This document shows, in pieces, positions 1 to 7,010 of a DNA stretch of 13,395 nucleotides. The notes under the pieces were generated by a model. The model had not been told where the DNA came from. It did not search any database and saw only the letters and a program-made list of their open reading frames with translations. The stretch spans positions 1 through 13,395 of the forward strand of contig JANNWY010000265.1 of assembly GCA_031409335.1 (NCBI GenBank), read 5' to 3'. Every line of letters begins with the position of its first letter. Position 1 is the stretch's first letter. The position numbers were made by a program, and so were the translations under genes. The DNA is from Chthoniobacteraceae bacterium (lineage in GTDB: Bacteria; Verrucomicrobiota; Verrucomicrobiia; Chthoniobacterales; Chthoniobacteraceae).

Positions 1-53
1 CGATACGGTTTGCATCTTCTAAAATGGCGTCGCAGTCCGCGGCCGCCGCGAGC

Positions 54-434
54 CTAGTCGGCTTTGTGGTCCGAGTGGCAGGCCTTGCAGTTCACCGCTT
101 CCTTGTAAGCCGCGCCCGCGCCTTCTTTTTTCGCGACCACATTTTCCGTGGCACCGATCAGCTTCGCGACCTTCTCCTTGAACGCCACGGCTTCCCCCTT
201 CGGCGGCTTGGTGTCCGCCATCGCTTTGTAAAGCTCCAGCGTCTTCTTCAAATCCTCGTCGCTCACCGAGCCGTCGATGATTTTGTCGCTGACTTTCGGC
301 GTGCCCTTCGGCGCTTTGTGGGCAAATTTCATCGCGTCTTCGATCGGCTTGAATTCAGCGTCCGCGGCAAACGCGCCCAGTGCGATGGCTGCCGTAAAAG
401 CGAGTGCGGGGAGAATGAAGGGGAGTGATTTCAT
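54..434 (-). CDS. Secreted monoheme c-type cytochrome, class II (cytochrome c'/c556-like), 126 aa
   Basis: N-terminal signal peptide (MKSLPFILPALAFTAAIALGAFAA). Single CXXCH (CKACH) near the C-terminus. Helical, Lys/Ala-rich body. Met near the mature N-terminus (DAMKFAH) is a possible distal ligand. Confidence 0.85.
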   Translation of the reverse strand: MKSLPFILPALAFTAAIALGAFAADAEFKPIEDAMKFAHKAPKGTPKVSDKIIDGSVSDEDLKKTLELYKAMADTKPPKGEAVAFKEKVAKLIGATENVVAKKEGAGAAYKEAVNCKACHSDHKAD

Positions 435-612
435 GGCGGCTCAAAAATCATATCGTCCCGGTGCCGACAAGCCGAATCCACGACAATCACGAATCCTTCA
501 GCGCGCAGTCCGGAGCGGCGTGGAAACTCGCATGGGCAGATTCCCCCGCCATCGTCTCAAAGGATGCCGCATTTCCGACCCGATCGAAAGACCTGCGCTC
601 GATGGGGAATCG

Positions 613-1719
613 TCACACCGCCTTCAAGCGAAACCAGAAGCGCGTTCCCCCGCCCTCCCGCGCTCCGCAGCCGATCGTGCCATCCCATTGCTCCACGGTG
701 ATCCGGCAGAAAAACAGACCGAGGCCGGCCTTCCCGGAGGTGCCGCGGCCGCGCACGAATTTTTGGAAAAGCTGCGGGGCCACATCCGGTGGGATACCAG
801 GGCCGTCGTCATCGACCGTGGTGACAATCTCTGAACCCTCGCGCGCAATCGAGACGGCGACTTTGCCGTTCGCATACGAATGGCGGAGCGCGTTTTGGAG
901 GAGATTGTGCAGGATGCGCAGCAGCCGGTTCCACTCGCCGACCACGCGCTGCCGGGCGGGGATGTCTTTTCCGATTTCGAGCCGGCACACGACATCGCGC
1001 ACGGCAAAGGCGGGCTTCAAGGTATCGATCACTTCGCGCACGCATCCGATGATGTCGGGCGCGTGGGCGGGATCGGACACGCCCTCATCTTTCGAGCCTA
1101 TCTCCGCGCGGAAACTGTCGAGCAGATCGCTGATGAAATTTGCCTGCTGGCGGACGCCGAGCCGCCCGAGTTCCAGAAAGCGGCGACCGTCCGGCGTGAG
1201 ATTTTCGCTGCGCAAAATATCGAGCGCGCCCGTCACCCCGGAGAGCGGGCCGGACAAATCGTGGACGATGCAATGCAGCAGGATTTCCTTCTTGTTCGTC
1301 TCCGAAAGCAGCCGCTCGTGAATGATCGAGAGTTCGCGTCCGCGCTGGAGGGCGCGGTGGAGTTGATCGAACTCGGTCTCGATCCGGCGCACGAGCAGCA
1401 GGCTCTCGCCGCTCATCCGGCAGGCCGTCGCTTCGAGGTGAATTTCCGATCCGCCCTCCGCGCTTTCCGTCCAGAAACCCGATCGCAATTCCTCCTCGCT
1501 TGCGCTTTGCCAAATGCGCTCGGCGTCAGGCAGGAAGTGTTCGAGAAAGGCGAAAACGGATGCGAGTTTCAATGGCTCGCCGATGGCGATGGCCTCGCGC
1601 CCGAAGCTCGCAAACCAATCGGGAATCAATCCCAGCGGAAGAAACCTGCCATCCGCAGCGCGCGAGAGGATGAGCACTTGCTGGCGCGAGAGGAGTTCGG
1701 CGAAGAGCGCGGGATTCAT
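613..1719 (-). CDS. Soluble sensor histidine kinase (HisKA + HATPase_c) with an N-terminal PAS-like/unknown input domain, 368 aa
   Basis: H-box IVHDLSGPL, N-box HNLLQNALRHS, G1 DDDGPGI, F-box LFQKF, G2 GKAGLGLFF. No transmembrane segment. Start re-assigned to ATG 1719 (MNPALF), which forms an ATGA overlap with the GTPase stop. Confidence 0.92.
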   Translation of the reverse strand: MNPALFAELLSRQQVLILSRAADGRFLPLGLIPDWFASFGREAIAIGEPLKLASVFAFLEHFLPDAERIWQSASEEELRSGFWTESAEGGSEIHLEATACRMSGESLLLVRRIETEFDQLHRALQRGRELSIIHERLLSETNKKEILLHCIVHDLSGPLSGVTGALDILRSENLTPDGRRFLELGRLGVRQQANFISDLLDSFRAEIGSKDEGVSDPAHAPDIIGCVREVIDTLKPAFAVRDVVCRLEIGKDIPARQRVVGEWNRLLRILHNLLQNALRHSYANGKVAVSIAREGSEIVTTVDDDGPGIPPDVAPQLFQKFVRGRGTSGKAGLGLFFCRITVEQWDGTIGCGAREGGGTRFWFRLKAV

Positions 1720-2216
1720 GGCGTGGCGAGGAGTGATGCGGCGAGCGAGAGAAATGCCGCCTCGACGCCCTGGCCGGTTTTCGCGCTCGTCCTCAGGATG
1801 CGCCAGCCCGCGCGGCTGAGTTCCGCGAGCTGGCTGGCTTCGATCTCCCACGCGGATTCGAGATCGACTTTGTTGATGAGCAGCAGAAATGGCACGGGGC
1901 CGATTTTCTCGCAGATCCGCTGCTGCAAGGCGACTGCCCTTTCCAGCGATGGCAGCCGGGTGCCGTCCGCGACGAGGATGTAGCCCGCCGCACCGCGCAT
2001 GTATTCGAGTTCCACGCCGATGAATTCATCCTCTCCCGCGAGATCCCAAATCATCAATTTCACATCGCCGCCGGACGTCGCGACGATCTTCTTGTCGATC
2101 TTCACGCCGAGGGTGGTGTGATATTTCTCCGAGAAGGCGCTGTGGACGAAACGCGCCACGAGACTCGTTTTGCCGACCGCATATGCGCCCATGAGGCAGA
2201 TCTTTTTTCGGATCAC
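1716..2216 (-). CDS. Stand-alone Ras-superfamily (Rab-like, Rup-type) small GTPase, 166 aa
   Basis: G1 GAYAVGKT, G2 YHTTLGV, G3 WDLAGE, G4 NKVD, G5 TSAK. GTG start overlaps the upstream stop (GTGA at 2213-2216). Confidence 0.95.
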   Translation of the reverse strand: MIRKKICLMGAYAVGKTSLVARFVHSAFSEKYHTTLGVKIDKKIVATSGGDVKLMIWDLAGEDEFIGVELEYMRGAAGYILVADGTRLPSLERAVALQQRICEKIGPVPFLLLINKVDLESAWEIEASQLAELSRAGWRILRTSAKTGQGVEAAFLSLAASLLATP

Positions 2217-4048
2217 TGGGTCGGGGCAGTTTCGTCGTACGATGCGGAAAAGGTAACGCGCCGGTTTTTCGCATCGTCCTCTTCGGTGCCGGCAAATCGC
2301 TTTTCGCGCGCAGCAAATCCGACAGGCACGAACGTCGTCGGATCCACCCCGCTCAACGCGAGCTGGCTCACGACACGGTCCGCGCGGTTGCGGCTCAGCT
2401 TGAGATTCAGCCCATCGCCGCCCGGCTCGGTGGTGTGCCCCGTGACGGTGATGCGCAGACGCCGCCCGAGCGCGCGCGCGATCTCGCGGAATTCCGTGAT
2501 CCGGGTGGCGAGTTCGTGCAACGCTCCATCCTGATTCGGCGCGATCTCGATGCCCTCGGCGAAAAAGATCACCGTCCCGTCGATCTCCTGTTTCTTCGTG
2601 GCGAGCGCGAGCATTCCCACATCGAGCATGGCGCTGGTGTCGATGGCAACGATTCCCGGAATCCTATCCGCGGCTTTGCGGGCCGAATCGATCCAGATTC
2701 CCGGCGCACTTCCGCTCACGGCGAGAGTCTCGCCGCGCATCGCCAGCTTTGCGCCCGGAGGGGGATTCAGCCGCTGCGCCGCGCGCTTCAGCACGATGCC
2801 GGGGGTGACCGCGAAAAACGGCTGCCAGTTCGCCTTCACGATCTCCGGCACAAAGCCCGCCTCGGCAACGATCGCCTGCGGATCGGTGGAAAGCGGATCG
2901 CGCAATCCCGCAAGATGCACCACGCCATCGCGCCGCGCGGCGTGCGTGACGACGATGCCTTCCTGCGCGTTCAGCTTTTGCACGCAATCGCTCAGCCGCT
3001 GCTCCGCCTCGCGTTCGCGCTGGAGCGCGGCGCGCTGCGCACGATGGTCGGCGTGGCGGCGCTGCTGCGCTTCGAAGAGCCGCTGCTCCTGCACGATGCC
3101 GTCCTCGATCCCGCGGATGTGGCGCCATTCCCAAAGCCCGAGCAGCCCGAGCACCAGCAGCACCGGAATGATCCAGAGCATCGGCGAGGGTTTTCCCGAC
3201 GGTTCCGCGCGCTGCATTCGCAGGCAGTCTTCCAGCGCGGGACGCGATTCCTCGAAGGGCGCGGCGTCACCATGAAAATCCTGGAGCGCCGCGCCCTGCT
3301 GCTGAGCGATACTTTCCAAATTCGTTGTCAATACGGTGCGTAATTCCTCCGGCGCAATTCCGCGGATGAATGCCGCGAGCGTCATCTGCGGGCTCGATTC
3401 CAGCCACACATTGTAGTCCCCGTACTGCGTCGCGCGCAGCCCATCGCCCTCGGCCTTGAACGCATCGCGCATGAAATCCTGAATCGCCGTGAGCATTCCC
3501 GAAATCATATCCGCATCCTGCCCGCTCGCGCCCGGCACCTGTGCGTGCGCCAGCAGCAGCCCGGTTTCCTTGTGAATCAAAAACACCTGCTCGACGCGAT
3601 AAATCAGCGTCCGCGTGAGTACGACTTCCGCAAAAGTTTTCCCCGTCCGCTTCGCCTCCAGCCGCCACTTGAAGCCCTGCACCGACAGGCTGTGCTCCAT
3701 CGTCTGGTTCAGCGATTGCACCATCTTGCTAAACGCATCCGCGATCGCGCGCCGGATCGCCGGGCCGATGATCGGGAAGACCACATCGGTCAGGATGCGC
3801 GGATCTTTTTTCACCGACTCCTTCAGCGCCGATTCGATCGTCGGCGCGAGGGATTGGGAAAGCTGCGCATCGCGCGAAGTCGAGAGCTGCACCGCATGCG
3901 GCAGGATGCGGCTCAGCTGGTTCGCCTTTTCGCCGGGCTCGGTAACGATGCGGCGGAGGTCCGCCAAATCCTTGCGCTCCGGCCCGACGAGCAGTTCGCG
4001 GAGCTGCTCCATCGCGTCGCCATCGCCCGGCGCATCGCGCAGGCTCAT
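2213..4048 (-). CDS. Single-pass membrane protein: cytoplasmic helical + longin/roadblock-like region, TM helix, periplasmic BON-like region and C-terminal OmpA/MotB-like domain, 611 aa
   Basis: One hydrophobic helix at aa ~290-308 (MLWIIPVLLVLGLLGLWEW). OmpA-like motifs ITVTGHTT...NLKLSRNRA...NRRVTF at aa ~494-600. BON-like TLAVSGSAP...AADRIPGIVAID at aa ~440-470. The longin/roadblock assignment of aa 150-250 is pattern-based inference. Confidence 0.85.
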   Translation of the reverse strand: MSLRDAPGDGDAMEQLRELLVGPERKDLADLRRIVTEPGEKANQLSRILPHAVQLSTSRDAQLSQSLAPTIESALKESVKKDPRILTDVVFPIIGPAIRRAIADAFSKMVQSLNQTMEHSLSVQGFKWRLEAKRTGKTFAEVVLTRTLIYRVEQVFLIHKETGLLLAHAQVPGASGQDADMISGMLTAIQDFMRDAFKAEGDGLRATQYGDYNVWLESSPQMTLAAFIRGIAPEELRTVLTTNLESIAQQQGAALQDFHGDAAPFEESRPALEDCLRMQRAEPSGKPSPMLWIIPVLLVLGLLGLWEWRHIRGIEDGIVQEQRLFEAQQRRHADHRAQRAALQREREAEQRLSDCVQKLNAQEGIVVTHAARRDGVVHLAGLRDPLSTDPQAIVAEAGFVPEIVKANWQPFFAVTPGIVLKRAAQRLNPPPGAKLAMRGETLAVSGSAPGIWIDSARKAADRIPGIVAIDTSAMLDVGMLALATKKQEIDGTVIFFAEGIEIAPNQDGALHELATRITEFREIARALGRRLRITVTGHTTEPGGDGLNLKLSRNRADRVVSQLALSGVDPTTFVPVGFAAREKRFAGTEEDDAKNRRVTFSASYDETAPTQ

Positions 4049-4060
4049 GAGCGTCGTGGA

Positions 4061-4645
4061 TTACTCGCCGGGAAACTTGAATTCATTTTTCAAGCGCAGC
4101 GACAACTCGGCGAACAGATCGGAGAGCGCGTGCTTGTCCGTCATCATGCCGCGCAATTCCTGCGATTCGCGCCCGAGTTCCGCCGCGACGTTCGAGTGCT
4201 TCTGCGCGATTTCCTCGGACAGCCGCTTCGTTTCATCGAGGATGAGCTGGCGCAAATCGCGGTGCGCTTTGCCCGCGTGCTCCTCGGTCTGCGCCACGCG
4301 CCGGTCAAAATTCTTCGCCGTTTCGCCGAGCTTGTCGGCCACTCCCTTCAGCGCCTCATCGCGCGCGCTTCGCTCCGCTGTCTGCCCGTCGTTCAGCGCC
4401 ACGACTTCGCTTTTCATGAAGGACTCCAGCGAATCGAAACGCCGTTTCAAATCCTCGCGCAAGTCCGCGCCTTCCTTGAGCAGCCGCTCTTCGAGCCGCG
4501 CAAATTTCTTGTCGTAATCCCGCATCTGCGACCCGAAAAGGATGTCGCGAATCTTGTCCACATTTCCCGGACGCTCGGCGTTTTCAGCATTCGGATTACC
4601 ACCACTGCGGGCCGTGTCCGGGGAGTTGTCGTGTTGTTTGCTCAT
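4061..4645 (-). CDS. Uncharacterised coiled-coil/apolipoprotein-like helical protein, 194 aa
   Basis: Disordered N-terminus, then VDKIRDILFG, then a long charged amphipathic helical region with no TM or signal peptide. Lies 12 bp from the next co-oriented gene. Confidence 0.85.
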   Translation of the reverse strand: MSKQHDNSPDTARSGGNPNAENAERPGNVDKIRDILFGSQMRDYDKKFARLEERLLKEGADLREDLKRRFDSLESFMKSEVVALNDGQTAERSARDEALKGVADKLGETAKNFDRRVAQTEEHAGKAHRDLRQLILDETKRLSEEIAQKHSNVAAELGRESQELRGMMTDKHALSDLFAELSLRLKNEFKFPGE

Positions 4646-4752
4646 AGATTAAAGGTGCGGACGCGGGGCAAAAAATAACCCGCCATCAGTGTTCCTAATA
4701 GCAAACCCAGCCGCGCTAGGCTACTGCGCAATGCAGCACGCTAGGCACCCGC

Positions 4753-5040
4753 TCAATAGACATCCGTGTCGTCCGCGTAGCCCGCGTCCGTGCGGATGGA
4801 ATCCAGCCGGCGCCGCTCGCCGCGCGCAGAGCCAGGGCCGTTCAGGCGCTCCAGCACGGTCTCGACGACCCACGGCATCGCCAGCAGCGCACCCACGCCG
4901 AGCAGCGTGGCCGCCGTGGTTTTTTGCGCGGGACGCCGCAGCTTTCCCGCGAGAAGTAGGCCGATGCCGCAGCCGACCGCCGTCTGCGTGATAGCCAGAA
5001 GGCTAGTTTGGAGCGGGTCGGTATTCTTTGAGGAAGCCAT
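4753..5040 (-). CDS. Small hypothetical membrane protein with two hydrophobic segments, 95 aa
   Basis: ATG start. Hydrophobic Gly-rich segments AVGCGIGLLLAG and ATLLGVGALLAMPWVV. Acidic C-terminus. Fills the gap between neighbours without overlap. Confidence 0.7.
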   Translation of the reverse strand: MASSKNTDPLQTSLLAITQTAVGCGIGLLLAGKLRRPAQKTTAATLLGVGALLAMPWVVETVLERLNGPGSARGERRRLDSIRTDAGYADDTDVY

Positions 5041-5150
5041 GCGATTGCCAGCAATATGGAAGCCTGCCGGAAAAAATAAACTCGAAACACTCGCTTCACT
5101 CGAATAGTCGTCCGACGTGCGGCAACAGCTTGCGGCACCACCTTTTTTTC

Positions 5151-6227
5151 ATGTCGGAACATCCTCTCTACGTCCTCATCCTCGCCGGCGGCAGCGGCGA
5201 ACGCTTTTGGCCCCTCAGCCGGAAATCGCGCCCGAAGCAACTGCTCTCGCTTCTGTCGAAAGAAACGCTGCTGGAGGCCACCGTGAACCGCCTCGACGGC
5301 CTCGTTCCGCTCAATCAAATCCTCATCCTCACGAACGCCGATCAGGAAGCCGCCGTGCGCGAGTGCTGCCCGGATTTGCCGCGCGAAAACATCGTCGCCG
5401 AACCCGCAAAACGCGACACCGCCGCAGCCATCGCGCTCGGCGCGGGCTGGATCGCGCGGCGCGCGCTCAATGCGACGATGGTCGTGCTGCCCGCCGATCA
5501 TCTCATCCGCGACAGCGCCGCATTTCAGACCACGCTGCGCGCCGCCGCCGCCGCCGCGGAAGAGACCGGCGATCTCGTCACGATCGGCATCGAGCCGACT
5601 TGGGCGTGTCCCGGGTTTGGCTACATCGAGGTCGGAGAAAATGTGGAAATCGCCGATGTGCCGCCCGGTCCGACGGTGTCGAAAGTCGTCCGCTTTCGCG
5701 AAAAACCGAATGCGGAACTGGCGGAGAATTTTTTCCGGCAGGGAAATTTCCGCTGGAACGCGGGCATGTTCATCTGGTCCATCCAGGCCATCCTCAGCGC
5801 GCTCCAGCGCCACGCGCCGCTGCTCGGCGAATTCGTCGGAAAGCTGCACGGCGCGCAGGAATTCGAGACCGTCGTCCGCGAGGAGTTCGGGCAACTTCCA
5901 AAAGTCTCGATCGACTACGCCGTAATGGAAAAAGCCGCGCGCGTGCTCGTGGTGCAATCCACGTTTGATTGGGATGACGTGGGAAGCTGGACGGCGATCG
6001 CGAAATATTTTGCCGAGGACGAATCCGCCAATCGCGCCAACTCGCCGCTGAACACGATCGAATCCTCGAACAACATCATCTTCTCCGAGCCGGCCAAACG
6101 CGTCGCGCTGCTCGGCGTGAACGATCTCATCGTCGTCAGCACCAAAGACGCGCTGCTCATCTGCAACCGCCACGACGCCGAACGCATCAAGGAACTCGTC
6201 GGCAAAGTGCCGCCGGAGCTGCAATGA
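5151..6227 (+). CDS. manC: Mannose-1-phosphate guanylyltransferase (monofunctional, no isomerase domain), 358 aa
   Basis: ILAGGSGERFWPLSR..PKQ, EP.KRDTA, PADH, FREKP, WNAGMF, SIDYAVMEK, WDDVGSW. Start re-assigned to ATG 5151. Confidence 0.93.
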   Translation: MSEHPLYVLILAGGSGERFWPLSRKSRPKQLLSLLSKETLLEATVNRLDGLVPLNQILILTNADQEAAVRECCPDLPRENIVAEPAKRDTAAAIALGAGWIARRALNATMVVLPADHLIRDSAAFQTTLRAAAAAAEETGDLVTIGIEPTWACPGFGYIEVGENVEIADVPPGPTVSKVVRFREKPNAELAENFFRQGNFRWNAGMFIWSIQAILSALQRHAPLLGEFVGKLHGAQEFETVVREEFGQLPKVSIDYAVMEKAARVLVVQSTFDWDDVGSWTAIAKYFAEDESANRANSPLNTIESSNNIIFSEPAKRVALLGVNDLIVVSTKDALLICNRHDAERIKELVGKVPPELQ

Positions 6228-6646
6228 ACCGCGCGCTCGGCATCGACCACGGCGAAGCACGCATCGGCCTCGCGATTTCCGATGAACTCGGAATGCTCGC
6301 GCATCCGCTGGAGACGATTCATTTGAAAACCGTCCCGGACCCATTCGCGCGCATCGCCGAAATCGTGACGCGCGACAAAATCGGAATGATCGTGCTCGGC
6401 CTGCCACGCAACATGAACGGCACCTACGGCCCGGCATCCGAAAAGGTAAAAGAGTTCGCCGAAAAACTCCGTGCGAAAGTGGCCTGCGAAGTCAAACTCT
6501 GGGACGAACGCCTCACCAGCGTCGCCGCCCAACGCTCGCTCCACGAAGTCGGCCGCAACGTAAAAAACAGCCGCGAAGTCATCGACCAAGTCGCCGCGCA
6601 ACTGATCCTGCAAGGCTGGCTGGATTCGCAGGCGATGCTGGGGTGA
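6224..6646 (+). CDS. ruvX: YqgF/RuvX family RNase H-fold nuclease (pre-16S rRNA processing / putative Holliday junction resolvase), 140 aa
   Basis: LGIDHGEARIGLAISD, GLPRNMNG, WDERLTS, IDQVAAQLILQGWLD. ATGA overlap with the manC stop. Confidence 0.93.
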   Translation: MNRALGIDHGEARIGLAISDELGMLAHPLETIHLKTVPDPFARIAEIVTRDKIGMIVLGLPRNMNGTYGPASEKVKEFAEKLRAKVACEVKLWDERLTSVAAQRSLHEVGRNVKNSREVIDQVAAQLILQGWLDSQAMLG

Positions 6647-6834
6647 GCTGGTTGCAACACCTGTTCGAGTTACTTATCAACTTGCTGGATTGGCTAGGGT
6701 CGCCTCCTCGAAGGGAAGACCGTTCTGTGGTGGGCCTCTCAAGACTTGACCGCGAGGCACGCGGATTGGGTTGGATCCTCTTGTCGGGTATATTTGGAAT
6801 CGCTCTCGCAGCGTATCTAATCCTCCGCTCCTGA
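6643..6834 (+). CDS. Putative small membrane protein, 63 aa
   Basis: GTGA overlap with the ruvX stop. Amphipathic N-terminal helix and a C-terminal TM-like segment (GLGWILLSGIFGIALAAYLIL). Codon usage is atypical for the window (TTA, CTA, TTG). Confidence 0.5.
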   Translation: MSWLQHLFELLINLLDWLGSPPRREDRSVVGLSRLDREARGLGWILLSGIFGIALAAYLILRS

Positions 6835-6952
6835 TCCTGATCCTGATCTTGCTCCTGCTCCTGATCTTGATCTTGATCCATCCGAAGTCCGACGTGAGGA
6901 CGGATGAGGCGAGATCAGGATCAGGAGCAAGAACAGGATCAGGATCAAGATT
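6827..6952. repeat. Two inverted arrays of a degenerate hexamer (GMTCYT x ~9; ARGAKC x ~7) forming a long hairpin/cruciform
   Basis: 6827-6879: gctcct gatcct gatcct gatctt gctcct gctcct gatctt gatctt gatcc. 6911-6952: gagatc aggatc aggagc aagaac aggatc aggatc aagatt. The spacer has an inner stem, catccg (6879-6884) / cggatg (6901-6906). Confidence 0.9.
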
Positions 6953-7010
6953 GACCTCGTTCACTTCGTTCCCAAGTGCGCGCGCGGAGCGGCGCTATCG
7001 ACCCTTTTGC

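Noticed and set aside
1720..1851. Long N-terminal extensions in the ORF track (kinase 1851; also manC 5028, fumC 8462, methyltransferase 9321, gatA 11771, gatC 11979)
   Set aside because: They overlap neighbouring genes or promoters and lack family motifs. Downstream ATGs match the family N-termini and the coupling overlaps.
1716..2216. MglA or Roco/Roc assignment for the GTPase
   Set aside because: It lacks the MglA-type GxxxxGKTT/TVPGQ pattern, has no separate mglB gene, and has no LRR or COR domain.
2213..4048. Flagellar MotB, T6SS TssL/TagL or outer-membrane porin OmpA
   Set aside because: No motA or T6SS genes nearby and no beta-barrel. The large cytoplasmic N-terminus is unlike MotB.
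4842..6437. Long antisense/shadow ORFs (e.g. 4842-6437, 880-1983, 3545-4678, 7095-8420, 10227-11654)
   Set aside because: They lie opposite well-supported genes, carry no recognisable motifs, and are expected in high-GC DNA.
6827..6952. CRISPR array
   Set aside because: Units are 6 bp and tandem, with no unique spacers and no cas genes in the window.
6579..6964. ORFs with QDQDQE, ILILIL, KIKIRS and DPDP repeats (6579-6881, 6677-6964, 6771-7076)
   Set aside because: These are translations of the hexamer arrays in different frames and overlap better-supported genes.
6967..6979. cgttcccaagtgc, resembling half of a REP-like palindrome
   Set aside because: The complementary arm is absent, and it is too short to support.
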